Source: Aequorivita sp.
GTDB lineage: Bacteria; Bacteroidota; Bacteroidia; Flavobacteriales; Flavobacteriaceae
Assembly: GCA_034675805.1 (NCBI GenBank)
Contig: JAUCCX010000001.1
Span: 2,384,741-2,448,740, forward strand
Reading direction: 5' to 3'
DNA: 64,000 nucleotides
The position numbers were made by a program, and so were the translations under genes. The notes under the pieces were generated by a model. The model was not told where the DNA came from, made no database searches, and worked only from the letters and a program-made list of their open reading frames with translations. Shown here in pieces: positions 48,361 to 57,647 of this stretch (within the stretch, counting starts at the first letter, position 1; each line of letters starts with the position of its first letter).

Positions 48361-49485
48361 ATAATAATAAAAAAGTTAATTCTGATATTATTAATTGCCC
48401 TTCCCTCTCAAGGTTTTCCCCAGGACGGGAAGAATGTTATTGACTCTATTGTAGTACGCAGTAAAGATATCACAACAGTTAAAAAACTGACTTTTAATGG
48501 ATATCCTTATGCGTTTTACACTCCTGAAACACAAGCTGCAATTGGTGCTGGGGGTATCTTTCTATTTTACACAAAAAATAAAATAGATGGGTTAAGACCT
48601 TCAAAAGTTGGTTTTGGAGCTTTTTATACAACCAATAAGCAATACAAATTTTCGGTGAATCCAAGTATTTATTTTAACTCCAATAAGCTTGTCGTTCAAA
48701 TGCCTGCATCCTTTAGCTATACTTTAGATAAATTTTGGGGAATAGGTAATGAAACTGTAGAAACTGGAACGGAAGATTATTTTAGAGAAGATTTTGACGT
48801 TCAATTGGAAGTACAAGTGCCTCCATTGTTATTTTTTGCAGATCGTTCGAGCTTTATCTTGGACTACCAACACACTAGCATAGTTGACGTGCAGGATAAC
48901 GAGTATCTAATAGATGAAACAGTTACTGGGTATCAAGGTGGGGATCTTTTTGGCGTTGGTTTTGGTTTAGTCTGGGACAGGCGCGATAACTTGTTTTATC
49001 CTACTTCTGGACATTATCAATTTATAAAATTTATAGTTTATACTCAACCCAGTGATTATACATATACCACTTTTGAACTAGATGTACGATATTATAAAAA
49101 GTTATTTAAAAACTCTGTTTTAGCGACAAATCTCTATTTAAAAAATGTAAGCGGCAATGCACCTTTTTACGAATTACCTGCTTTAGGTGGACCTCAACGA
49201 ATGAGAGGCTATTTTCAAGGGCGATACCGAGACAACAACTATTTCACCATACAAACTGAGTACCGTCAGTATTTCTGGAAACGATTTGGTTTTGTGGCAT
49301 TTGGAGGTTTTGGGGATGTAAGTGATGAAATTACAAGTGTAAATCTAAAAGAATTGAAATATAGTTTTGGAGGTGGACTTCGTTATCTTTTCAACAAAAA
49401 GGAACACGTTAATCTAAGAATGGATATTGGTATTGGAGCCGATGGGAATACCGGAATTTATTTTGGTATTGAGGAAGCATTTTAA
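48361..49485 (+). CDS. Omp85/BamA-family barrel without POTRA (paralog of 30592..31734); start codon non-canonical or unresolved
   Basis: The track ORF (48655, GTG) lacks the N-terminus. The same frame is open from 48361 and encodes IIIKKLILILLIALPSQGFPQD.. (signal-peptide-like), followed by a region homologous to the 30592 product. No ATG, GTG or TTG is present; only ATA, ATT and CTG are available. The C-terminus is ..GIYFGIEEAF. Confidence 0.6.
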   Translation: MIIKKLILILLIALPSQGFPQDGKNVIDSIVVRSKDITTVKKLTFNGYPYAFYTPETQAAIGAGGIFLFYTKNKIDGLRPSKVGFGAFYTTNKQYKFSVNPSIYFNSNKLVVQMPASFSYTLDKFWGIGNETVETGTEDYFREDFDVQLEVQVPPLLFFADRSSFILDYQHTSIVDVQDNEYLIDETVTGYQGGDLFGVGFGLVWDRRDNLFYPTSGHYQFIKFIVYTQPSDYTYTTFELDVRYYKKLFKNSVLATNLYLKNVSGNAPFYELPALGGPQRMRGYFQGRYRDNNYFTIQTEYRQYFWKRFGFVAFGGFGDVSDEITSVNLKELKYSFGGGLRYLFNKKEHVNLRMDIGIGADGNTGIYFGIEEAF

Positions 49486-49587
49486 ATAAAGCACCAAAAA
49501 AGTAAATACCATCCCGAAAAATCGGGACCAAAAAAAGATCGCGAGATTAAATAAATTAGTAAATGACAATTAACTTAAAAATAAAAG

Positions 49588-50280
49588 ATGAAAAACAAAT
49601 ATTATTTTATCCTTTTAGCATTGGCTTTTACGTTTTTACAAAGTTGCTCAAGTAGCAAAGTATTGGATTCTTGGAAAGCCGAGCCTTCTGTAGTTGAACT
49701 TTTTAAGAAGAAAAAGGTATTAGTAATTGCTCGTGCCGCGAATGATGATGCCCGTTATGCTTTTGAAAAAGAAATAGCTGATGCATTACGCCAGAGAGGA
49801 ATTAAAGCAATAGAGAGTTACAATTACGCACCAAATATTCATCCTCACAGAGAAATGTCTGAAGAACGTTTGGCATTTATAAAAACTTTAATGAAGAGCG
49901 AAGGGCTTAATGCTGTTGTTTTAACAGTAATCAAAGACAAAAAAGAAACGGTTAGAGTAACGTCTAATGGGATGTATATGGGAGGATTATATTCGTCTTA
50001 CTACCCTGCTTATTATGGAGGCTTTTATAATTATTACAGTTACCCTTATGCTTATGGCTCTTATTATAATTCATTTGGAGGCTATATCCCCACTTCAACT
50101 TCAACGGAAGTTGAAACTACTTATGTGTTAGAAACCGTAGCCTATAATCTTGATGAGAATGATAATAACCAATTAGTAGCAGTAGTTACTTCAAGTTTGG
50201 ATGACCCTAATGACGCGATAAAAACTGCCAAAGAATATGTTGATTTAATGATTAAAACTTTAGAAGAATCAAAAAAATAA
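49588..50280 (+). CDS. DUF4136-like lipoprotein, paralog 3 of 3
   Basis: It has the lipobox TFLQSCSSS and the Tyr-rich segment GGLYSSYYPAYYGGFYNYYSYPYAYGSYYNSFGGY. Confidence 0.6.
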   Translation: MKNKYYFILLALAFTFLQSCSSSKVLDSWKAEPSVVELFKKKKVLVIARAANDDARYAFEKEIADALRQRGIKAIESYNYAPNIHPHREMSEERLAFIKTLMKSEGLNAVVLTVIKDKKETVRVTSNGMYMGGLYSSYYPAYYGGFYNYYSYPYAYGSYYNSFGGYIPTSTSTEVETTYVLETVAYNLDENDNNQLVAVVTSSLDDPNDAIKTAKEYVDLMIKTLEESKK

Positions 50281-50337
50281 AAACACGATAAATCACACCG
50301 AGAATTTAGTGGGTGATATCGTACAATCTGATTGCCG

Positions 50338-51246
50338 ATGTATTATTTTACGCTGTTTATATATGTCCTATCACTGTTTAGTTCCAAGGCTTACGCACAG
50401 GATATTGAGCCTAGACGGTGGACGCCACTACCTTTAAAGACTAATATTATAGGGGTGGGTTATGGGTACACCAATGGAAAAATATTTTTTGATCCAGTTA
50501 TCGACGTTGAAGATGCTAGCGTTGAGGGGAGCGCTTTTGTAGTACAATATGTTCGTCCATTTAAGCTTGGGAAAAAACTTGCGCGAGTAGATGTGCAGCT
50601 TCCATATACCATAGCACGTTGGGAAGGATTGTTAGGGGGTGCTCCAGCATCAGTAAAGCGGAGTGGATTTGCGGATCCGCGATTGCGACTTTCCGTCAAT
50701 TTTATTGGACCTTCCGCCATGGAAGCTAAGGAACTGCGGGAATATATTATGGCGAATCCTGTACATACTGTGGTAGGTGCTTCCCTAGCAGTAACATTTC
50801 CTTTCGGGCAGTATTATGATGATAAGTTGCTGAATTTGGGGCAGAATCGTTTTGTATTTCGACCACAAGTTGGTTTTGTACATACTTGGAGAAGCTGGTC
50901 TTACGAGCTAAGCGGATCGGTATTTCTATATTCAAACAACAATAATTTTTTTAATGGTAAAACGAGGAGACAAAACCCTGTTTTTGAAGCGCAAACACAT
51001 CTTATTAAAAGATTTAAACCAGGTATTTGGGGCTCTCTAAGTCTTGGAACGGGTTTGGCAGGACAGTCAATAGTAAACAATCTACCTAACAGCGATGAGC
51101 AAGAGAATATTATGGCCGGACTTTCATTTGGTTTTGCAATAACGAAAAGTCAAGCAGTAAAGATTTTTTATATTCGGTCTCAAACGCTATCAGATATTGG
51201 TGGTGACACAAACTCTTATGGGGTAGTGTGGTCTGGGATCTTTTAA
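50338..51246 (+). CDS. Outer-membrane transporter-like barrel (MetA-pathway/'Phenol_MetA_deg'-like)
   Basis: It has a signal peptide (..SSKAYAQD). ..PRRWTPLPLKTNIIGVGYGYTNG...GFADPRLRLSVNF.. is typical of that family as I recall it. I chose the ATG at 50338 over the TTG at 50332. Confidence 0.5.
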   Translation: MYYFTLFIYVLSLFSSKAYAQDIEPRRWTPLPLKTNIIGVGYGYTNGKIFFDPVIDVEDASVEGSAFVVQYVRPFKLGKKLARVDVQLPYTIARWEGLLGGAPASVKRSGFADPRLRLSVNFIGPSAMEAKELREYIMANPVHTVVGASLAVTFPFGQYYDDKLLNLGQNRFVFRPQVGFVHTWRSWSYELSGSVFLYSNNNNFFNGKTRRQNPVFEAQTHLIKRFKPGIWGSLSLGTGLAGQSIVNNLPNSDEQENIMAGLSFGFAITKSQAVKIFYIRSQTLSDIGGDTNSYGVVWSGIF

Positions 51247-51311
51247 GCATTTGTAGTATTATAAATTAATCAAATGCATTTAATATATTGTTTCATTTAT
51301 ATAAAGATTAT

Positions 51312-51926
51312 ATGGAAAGCTTTATGTCCTCTATAAAAAAAACCTTCATCGTTGGATTGTCCTTTATAATCCCTCTTGTGTTGTTGATTTATTTACTTCT
51401 AAAAGTAATAGAAGCATTTAGAAAAATAGTTGCTCCTATTGCCGATAAGATTGAAATTTCCTTATGGGGAGGGGAAACCACCTCCAGAATTATTGCAATT
51501 GTTGTATTACTGATACTTTCTTTTGTAATCGGGTTGTTGGCAAGAATGAAAAAGGAACACAGTATAAAAGATTGGATTGAAGATAATATTCTCTCAATGA
51601 TTCCAGGTTATTTGCTGTTAAAAGGAATGACTGAGGAAGCAGTAGGTTTCGATAGTAAGCATTTAAAAGAAGTGGTATTGATTAATATGGGGAGCACTTG
51701 GAGAATTGGTTTTATAATGGAGCGAATAGATGAAGATCTTAATACTGTATTTATTCCCAGTGCGCCAAATCCCCTTGGCGGTATAGTAGTATTCGCGAAA
51801 TGGGATGTTTTAAAGAAATTAGATATGGACGAAGTGAGTGTAATGAAAATTCATAGAAAATTAGGGATTAATTCAAAGAAGCTTTTAAATGGTGAGTTAT
51901 ATAAGGGTATATTCGATAAAGAGTGA
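51312..51926 (+). CDS. DUF502-family inner-membrane protein
   Basis: It has two TM helices followed by ..FIPSAPNPLGGIVVFAKWDVLKKLDMDEVSVMKIHRKLG. The start is ambiguous (TTG 51288, ATG 51312 or ATG 51324). Confidence 0.65.
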   Translation: MESFMSSIKKTFIVGLSFIIPLVLLIYLLLKVIEAFRKIVAPIADKIEISLWGGETTSRIIAIVVLLILSFVIGLLARMKKEHSIKDWIEDNILSMIPGYLLLKGMTEEAVGFDSKHLKEVVLINMGSTWRIGFIMERIDEDLNTVFIPSAPNPLGGIVVFAKWDVLKKLDMDEVSVMKIHRKLGINSKKLLNGELYKGIFDKE

Positions 51927-52013
51927 TATTGGATATATTTAAATTCAAAATAAAATTTTAAACTACAATCAGCCAAATAGAATTACACAACAATCAATTC
52001 CGAAGCATAGAGA

Positions 52014-53054
52014 ATGTTTCGTTTAATAGCTAGTATGATAAAGGTGAACACATACCTACTAATTATTGTCTTATTAATAAGCGGTGCGTTGTCAGCTCAA
52101 AACGATACTATTCAACTAAAGAATAATGATGTTTTGGTTGGGGAGGTGAAATCATTGGCAAAAGGAATTTTAATTTTAAAGACCTCCTACAGTGATAAGG
52201 ATTTTAGAATTGAATTTAATGAGGTGAAAGGGCTTATCATTGAGTCGAAATGCCTTATACTTCTTACCGATGGAAGGCGGCGTTTTGGAAATATCGGAAC
52301 TGATAAAGAAGGAATAGTAGTAATCACTTTAGAAGACAAAACCATCGAAACTTTTAAAGTGGAAGAAGTAATTGCCCTAAAAGAGGTAGATGATAAATTC
52401 TGGAGTCGTATTACTGGCTCTGTTGACCTTGGATTTAACTTTACTAAAGCAAATAATACTTCTCAATTCAGTGTAGATGGAACTCTTGATTATATTGATA
52501 GGAGATGGATGTTTGAAGGAGATATAAGTTTACAAAGTTCTAAACAGGATAAAGCGGCCAAGACAAAAAGGACTGATGCTAATTTAGATTTAATTCGAAT
52601 ACTGCCGAGAAGATGGTATTTATTAGGAGGAGTTTCTTTTCTATCAAATACAGAACAAGCTTTGGAGGGAAGGGTGAATCCCAGTGTAGGTTTAGGAAAG
52701 TTCCTTCTTACCAGTAATAAACTGCTTTTAGGGTCAAGTCTTGGTCTTACTTATAATATTGAGAATTATGTGGATACTTCCTTAAACAAAACTTCAACTG
52801 AAGCAGTTCTTGCCTCTAATTTTAATATGTTCGACTTTGAGAATATTGATCTTACGTCCAGCCTTGATTTATTTACAAGCTTATCCGAAAAGGGTAGATT
52901 CCGAACGGATTTTGATATTACTCTTAAATACGATTTGCCTTTAGATTTTTATATTAAATTGGGGTTCACCTTAAATTATGATAACCAACCCGCCATATCA
53001 GGAAACGATTATGACTACGTTTTCAGTAGTGGTTTTGGTTGGAAACTTGATTAA
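52014..53054 (+). CDS. DUF481-family outer-membrane protein with an extra N-terminal domain
   Basis: It has a signal peptide (..GALSAQ). The C-terminal roughly 230 aa (..GSVDLGFNFTKANNTSQFSVDGTLDY..RWMFEGD..) are DUF481-like. Confidence 0.55.
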   Translation: MFRLIASMIKVNTYLLIIVLLISGALSAQNDTIQLKNNDVLVGEVKSLAKGILILKTSYSDKDFRIEFNEVKGLIIESKCLILLTDGRRRFGNIGTDKEGIVVITLEDKTIETFKVEEVIALKEVDDKFWSRITGSVDLGFNFTKANNTSQFSVDGTLDYIDRRWMFEGDISLQSSKQDKAAKTKRTDANLDLIRILPRRWYLLGGVSFLSNTEQALEGRVNPSVGLGKFLLTSNKLLLGSSLGLTYNIENYVDTSLNKTSTEAVLASNFNMFDFENIDLTSSLDLFTSLSEKGRFRTDFDITLKYDLPLDFYIKLGFTLNYDNQPAISGNDYDYVFSSGFGWKLD

Positions 53055-53072
53055 CCTAAATTAAAGGATATT

Positions 53073-53549
53073 ATGAAAACAGTATTTAAATTTATTATTG
53101 GTATTCCAATCATAACCACATTAATAATTGCGATTATTTTTTTAGGATTGGGAGTATATGAAACTGTACTTGGAATTACTGGTATTTTAAAAGGTCAAAT
53201 TCATTCGGAAAATACCCCTGGGTTACTGCTATTTCAAGCTTTGGATCTCTTTTTAATAGGTTTTCTTTTTTTAATTTTTTCGCTTGGATTTTTTCAACTT
53301 TTTTACCCAAAACCCTCGAGACTTATGAGCGCTATAGACGATATTGCTCCAGAATGGTTAAAGGTGGAAAACTTTACCCAACTCAAGTTAATTCTTTGGG
53401 ATACAGTTCTAACAACATTGGTTGTTCTATTTATTGGTGACGCGTTCTTAGCTGCCGGTCAATATGATTGGAATTTAACGATTATTCCTATAGCGATACT
53501 TCTTATTTCGTTTGGTAAATTTTTGATTAAAAAAGCTAAAAAGGATTAA
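53073..53549 (+). CDS. YqhA/UPF0114-like small inner-membrane protein
   Basis: It is 158 aa with 3-4 TM helices. The pattern ..LGVYETVLGI.. resembles YqhA, but the call is weak. Confidence 0.45.
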   Translation: MKTVFKFIIGIPIITTLIIAIIFLGLGVYETVLGITGILKGQIHSENTPGLLLFQALDLFLIGFLFLIFSLGFFQLFYPKPSRLMSAIDDIAPEWLKVENFTQLKLILWDTVLTTLVVLFIGDAFLAAGQYDWNLTIIPIAILLISFGKFLIKKAKKD

Positions 53550-54200
53550 AAATTTGGATTTCGAGTCAATTGGTATTGCATAGCGATTAGATTGATTATA
53601 GAAATGATATAAATAATACCTTTGGTGTTTTAAAATCATATTCCAATAATTACCGATAGCTCTATTTTTAAAGAGCAGTGAAATCATTAGTGATCCAAGT
53701 CTTTTTTGTTGCCAATCGCCAATCTATTGAAACTGCCTTGCCAATATCTTCATCAAGTCATCCACGTTGCGCTACATTCAGAAAAACATTCTTACCAAGT
53801 ATGGGAAAATCGAGAACTGTAGGTTTTGTATTGAGCCGGTATTTATGTATAAAAGATCATGAAAATTCTTACTTGGGAGTATCAAAAAATTGAAAAAACT
53901 GCAGTTAATCGATAAACTGCATCCGTTCAGCTAATAGTGTATTTTTTATTATTATTTATAGAAACACCTTCTTATTTTTGTGGTATCAAATAGCCATTTG
54001 TTTTTTTTATGATGGCGAAAGATAGTTACTCCCTCAAGTAGTTCTTTTTTTATTTATCCCCAAAAATAGAAACATTGCTTCCCCTCGCGATGAAAAATTT
54101 GAATTGTATCCCTACTGATTAGATTTAAAAGCATTAACAACAAACCTATTAGTATTTCAATTTGTCCTTTAATTCATAATTATTTTAAAGACTTAATGTT

Positions 54201-55325
54201 ATGGATTATTTGTCATATTTGTTTTCCAACATTTATTATTTGGGGATTTTCGCTGTAATAATTTCATTTATTTTGGCTTTAAAAATGTTTCCTGCAATTA
54301 TTTGCCTTGCAAATGAAAAGAATCTTATGGCTGTTCCTGGGGCGCGGAGCATGCATATTAAAAAAACCCCTAACCTCGGAGGTGTGGGGATTTTTATTGC
54401 GTTTTCTCTATCAATAATGATATTAGGGGGGCTAAAGAGTTTTGGCCAATTTCATATAGAAAAACTCTTACTGTTGTTAGCTGCAATTACCATAATGTTT
54501 TTTTTAGGGGTAAAAGATGACTTAATTGGAATATCGCCGAGAAAAAAAATTGTAGGACAGCTTATGGCTGCATTACTTGTTGTTGTGTTTACAGATGTGA
54601 GAATACAAAGCTTGGAAGGACTGTTTGGAATTTGGGAGCTTCCCTATATAATTTCAGTATTGCTTTCATTGCTCGTTTTTGTTTTTATAATTAATGCCTT
54701 CAATCTTATAGACGGTATAGACGGTTTGGCTGGTACTATTGCTATTATCGCGAGTACTCTATTTGGACTTTTCTTTATGTTTCAAGGAAACCATATTTTA
54801 ATGTTGGTGTCTTTTATATTAGTAGGCGCCTTATTTGCATTTTTGAAATTTAATTTTTCTGAAAAGAATAAATTATTTATGGGAGATTCTGGCTCTTTGT
54901 TCATCGGATTTTTGTTAACCTATCAAAGTATTAGCTTTTTGGGGATGAATACAGCCGAAACTATTTGGTTCACCATCCCAAACAAACCTGTTTTAATATT
55001 GGCAATCTTGTCATTACCAATTTTGGATACACTTCGTGTTTTTATAATTAGAATTAGGCAGAAACGCAGCCCATTTAGTGCAGACAGGAATCATATACAT
55101 CACCGTTTAATGGATTTGGGGCTTTCACATAAACAAGGCACTCTATTGTTAGCCTTGGCAAATGTTTTTGTTATAGTGGTGGCTTTCTTAACTAGAAATT
55201 TTAATATTAACATACAGCTTTTAATAATTGCTGCAATCGTACCCATTCTGGGTGTGCTGCCTTGGTTGCTTGCGAGCGAACAAGGCAGAATAAAACTTCA
55301 AGTACCTAAGCTAAGCCGAGCTTAA
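54201..55325 (+). CDS. Polyprenyl-phosphate sugar-1-phosphate transferase, MraY/WecA (GT4 glycosyltransferase family 4) type
   Basis: It is polytopic and has ..VKDDLIG.., ..NAFNLIDGIDGLAG.. and ..MGDSGSLFIGF.. Confidence 0.8.
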   Translation: MDYLSYLFSNIYYLGIFAVIISFILALKMFPAIICLANEKNLMAVPGARSMHIKKTPNLGGVGIFIAFSLSIMILGGLKSFGQFHIEKLLLLLAAITIMFFLGVKDDLIGISPRKKIVGQLMAALLVVVFTDVRIQSLEGLFGIWELPYIISVLLSLLVFVFIINAFNLIDGIDGLAGTIAIIASTLFGLFFMFQGNHILMLVSFILVGALFAFLKFNFSEKNKLFMGDSGSLFIGFLLTYQSISFLGMNTAETIWFTIPNKPVLILAILSLPILDTLRVFIIRIRQKRSPFSADRNHIHHRLMDLGLSHKQGTLLLALANVFVIVVAFLTRNFNINIQLLIIAAIVPILGVLPWLLASEQGRIKLQVPKLSRA

Positions 55326-55463
55326 TATTCAAAACGAATTTGCGCCAAAATTCCCTATAGACTATACTTTTCAATCACTGAATTTAAATATAAGATTCAT
55401 TGGGCTATTTTTATAAGTTAAATTTAGTCTCTACATTTAAACATTAATTCTTAAGAAAATATT

Positions 55464-56582
55464 TTGAAGGATAAAGTAGCATTTATTACTGGAGTAACAG
55501 GACAGGATGGCGCTTATTTAAGTGAGCTTCTATTGAAAAAAGGATATATCGTTCACGGTTTAAAACGAAGGTCATCATTGTTGAATACAGATAGGGTTGA
55601 TCACTTATACCAAGATCCGCATATAGAACACCGTAATTTTATTTTGCATTATGGTGATATGACTGACAGTACCAACCTAATACGTCTTATCCAATCAATC
55701 CAACCAGATGAAATTTACAATCTGGCTGCCATGAGTCACGTACAGGTTTCTTTTGAGGTGCCTGAATATACCGCAAATGCAGACGGTATTGGTACCCTTC
55801 GGATTTTGGATGCGGTAAGATTGCTTGGACTGGAGAAGAAGACGCGGATCTATCAGGCCTCCACTTCCGAGTTATATGGAAAGGTACAGGAAGTGCCACA
55901 GTCCGAAACCACTCCTTTCTATCCACGCAGCCCATATGCCGTTGCAAAGATGTATGCATATTGGATTACTGTAAACTATAGGGAAGCCTATGGAATGTTT
56001 GCTTGCAACGGAATATTATTCAATCACGAGTCTCCAATACGAGGAGAAACGTTTGTAACCCGTAAAATTACAAGGGCCGTCTCAAGAATCGCTTTGGGAT
56101 TACAAGATATGCTTTATTTAGGAAATCTTGATGCTCAAAGGGATTGGGGTCATGCCAAGGACTATGTGAAAATGATGTGGATGATACTTCAAACAGACGA
56201 GCCTGAAGATTGGGTAATTGCAACGGGCAAAACTACTGCCGTGCGGGATTTTGTACGTATGGCTTTTTCTGAAATTGAAATTGAACTGGAATTTAAAGGA
56301 GAAGGTGAAAACGAAAGAGCCTTCATTAAAGAATGTAAGGATCCGGATTATCAATTGCCTATTGGAAAACAAGTACTGCAGGTAGATCCTAAATACTTTA
56401 GACCCACAGAAGTGGATCTGCTAATCGGCGATCCCACAAAAGCCAAAACAAAATTAGGATGGGAAGCTACTTATGATCTGCCTATGCTGATCAAAGAAAT
56501 GATGGATAGCGATTTAAAATTGATGAAAAAGGATCAATTTCTAAAAAAAGGAGGCTTTACCACGCTTAATTATTACGAATAG
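55464..56582 (+). CDS. gmd: GDP-mannose 4,6-dehydratase
   Basis: It has ..[23 protein letters not shown].., ..[20 protein letters not shown].. and ..[17 protein letters not shown].. It uses a TTG start, and no ATG is nearby. Confidence 0.93.
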   Translation: MKDKVAFITGVTGQDGAYLSELLLKKGYIVHGLKRRSSLLNTDRVDHLYQDPHIEHRNFILHYGDMTDSTNLIRLIQSIQPDEIYNLAAMSHVQVSFEVPEYTANADGIGTLRILDAVRLLGLEKKTRIYQASTSELYGKVQEVPQSETTPFYPRSPYAVAKMYAYWITVNYREAYGMFACNGILFNHESPIRGETFVTRKITRAVSRIALGLQDMLYLGNLDAQRDWGHAKDYVKMMWMILQTDEPEDWVIATGKTTAVRDFVRMAFSEIEIELEFKGEGENERAFIKECKDPDYQLPIGKQVLQVDPKYFRPTEVDLLIGDPTKAKTKLGWEATYDLPMLIKEMMDSDLKLMKKDQFLKKGGFTTLNYYE

Positions 56583-56583
56583 C

Positions 56584-57534
56584 ATGCAGAAGAATATGAA
56601 AATATTTGTGGCTGGGCATCGTGGAATGGTAGGCGCTGCTGTTTGGCGCGCGCTTTTGAAAGAGGGCTATAGCAATCTTATAGGAAAAAGCAGTAAAGAA
56701 CTTGATCTAAAAAACCAGAAATCTGTAAATTCCTTTTTTCAAGACGAACAGCCTCAAGTGGTTATTGATGCTGCTGCCAGGGTTGGTGGTATTTTGGCAA
56801 ACAACAATTTTCCTTATCCATTTTTGATGGAGAATCTTCAGATTCAAAACAATCTTATAGACGCAGCCCACTGCAACGATGTACAAAAATTCATATTTCT
56901 GGGCAGCTCGTGTATATATCCCAAGCTGGCTCCCCAACCTTTAAAGGAAGAGTATTTATTGACAGGGCCATTAGAACCGACAAACGAATGGTATGCAATT
57001 GCGAAAATTGCTGGAGTAAAAGCCTGCCAAGCTATTAGAAAGCAATTTGGGAAAGACTTTGTTAGTTTAATGCCTACCAATCTTTATGGGCCTTTTGATA
57101 ATTTCGATTTGCAAACATCACATGTTCTTCCAGCAATGATTCGCAAGTTCCACGAAGCTAAAATGGATAATCATGCAGATGTAACATTATGGGGTAGTGG
57201 TACACCAATGCGAGAGTTTTTGCACGTGGACGACCTTGCAAAAGCGGTTGTTTTTTCAGTGAAAAATGTTTTGCCTGAATATTTGTACAATGTAGGGACA
57301 GGGATTGATGTTACCATAAATCAGCTAGCGGAAACTATACAAAAAGCAGTTGGCCATAAAGGAGAAGTAATTTGGGATAGTTCTAAACCAGATGGTACGC
57401 CACGTAAATTAATGGATAGCTCTAAAATGAATACTGTGGGTTGGAATGCAGAAATTTTATTGGACAAAGGAATTGAAAATACGTATCAATGGTTTTTAGA
57501 GAATCAGGAAAACTTCAAAGAAATCAAATTATAA
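56584..57534 (+). CDS. fcl: GDP-L-fucose synthase (GDP-4-keto-6-deoxymannose epimerase/reductase)
   Basis: It has ..IFVAGHRGMVG.., ..YAIAKIAGVKACQA.. and ..PTNLYGP.DNF.. It lies directly after gmd. Confidence 0.9.
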   Translation: MQKNMKIFVAGHRGMVGAAVWRALLKEGYSNLIGKSSKELDLKNQKSVNSFFQDEQPQVVIDAAARVGGILANNNFPYPFLMENLQIQNNLIDAAHCNDVQKFIFLGSSCIYPKLAPQPLKEEYLLTGPLEPTNEWYAIAKIAGVKACQAIRKQFGKDFVSLMPTNLYGPFDNFDLQTSHVLPAMIRKFHEAKMDNHADVTLWGSGTPMREFLHVDDLAKAVVFSVKNVLPEYLYNVGTGIDVTINQLAETIQKAVGHKGEVIWDSSKPDGTPRKLMDSSKMNTVGWNAEILLDKGIENTYQWFLENQENFKEIKL

Positions 57535-57647
57535 CTAAGGAAGAGGAACGGTTTGGATGGTGAGATTTATCTAGTGTATAAACAAATAAAAGATTCAGTT
57601 ATAGTGACAGAAAGCAAAATTTTTAATTAACAAAACACTAATGTAGG

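Noticed and set aside
53475-53893. Two track ORFs (70 aa minus strand, 71 aa plus strand) in the junction region
   Set aside because: They have no recognisable motifs, odd composition (Arg/Tyr/Asn-rich), no plausible ribosome-binding context, and they overlap the end of the YqhA-like gene or an AT-rich spacer.
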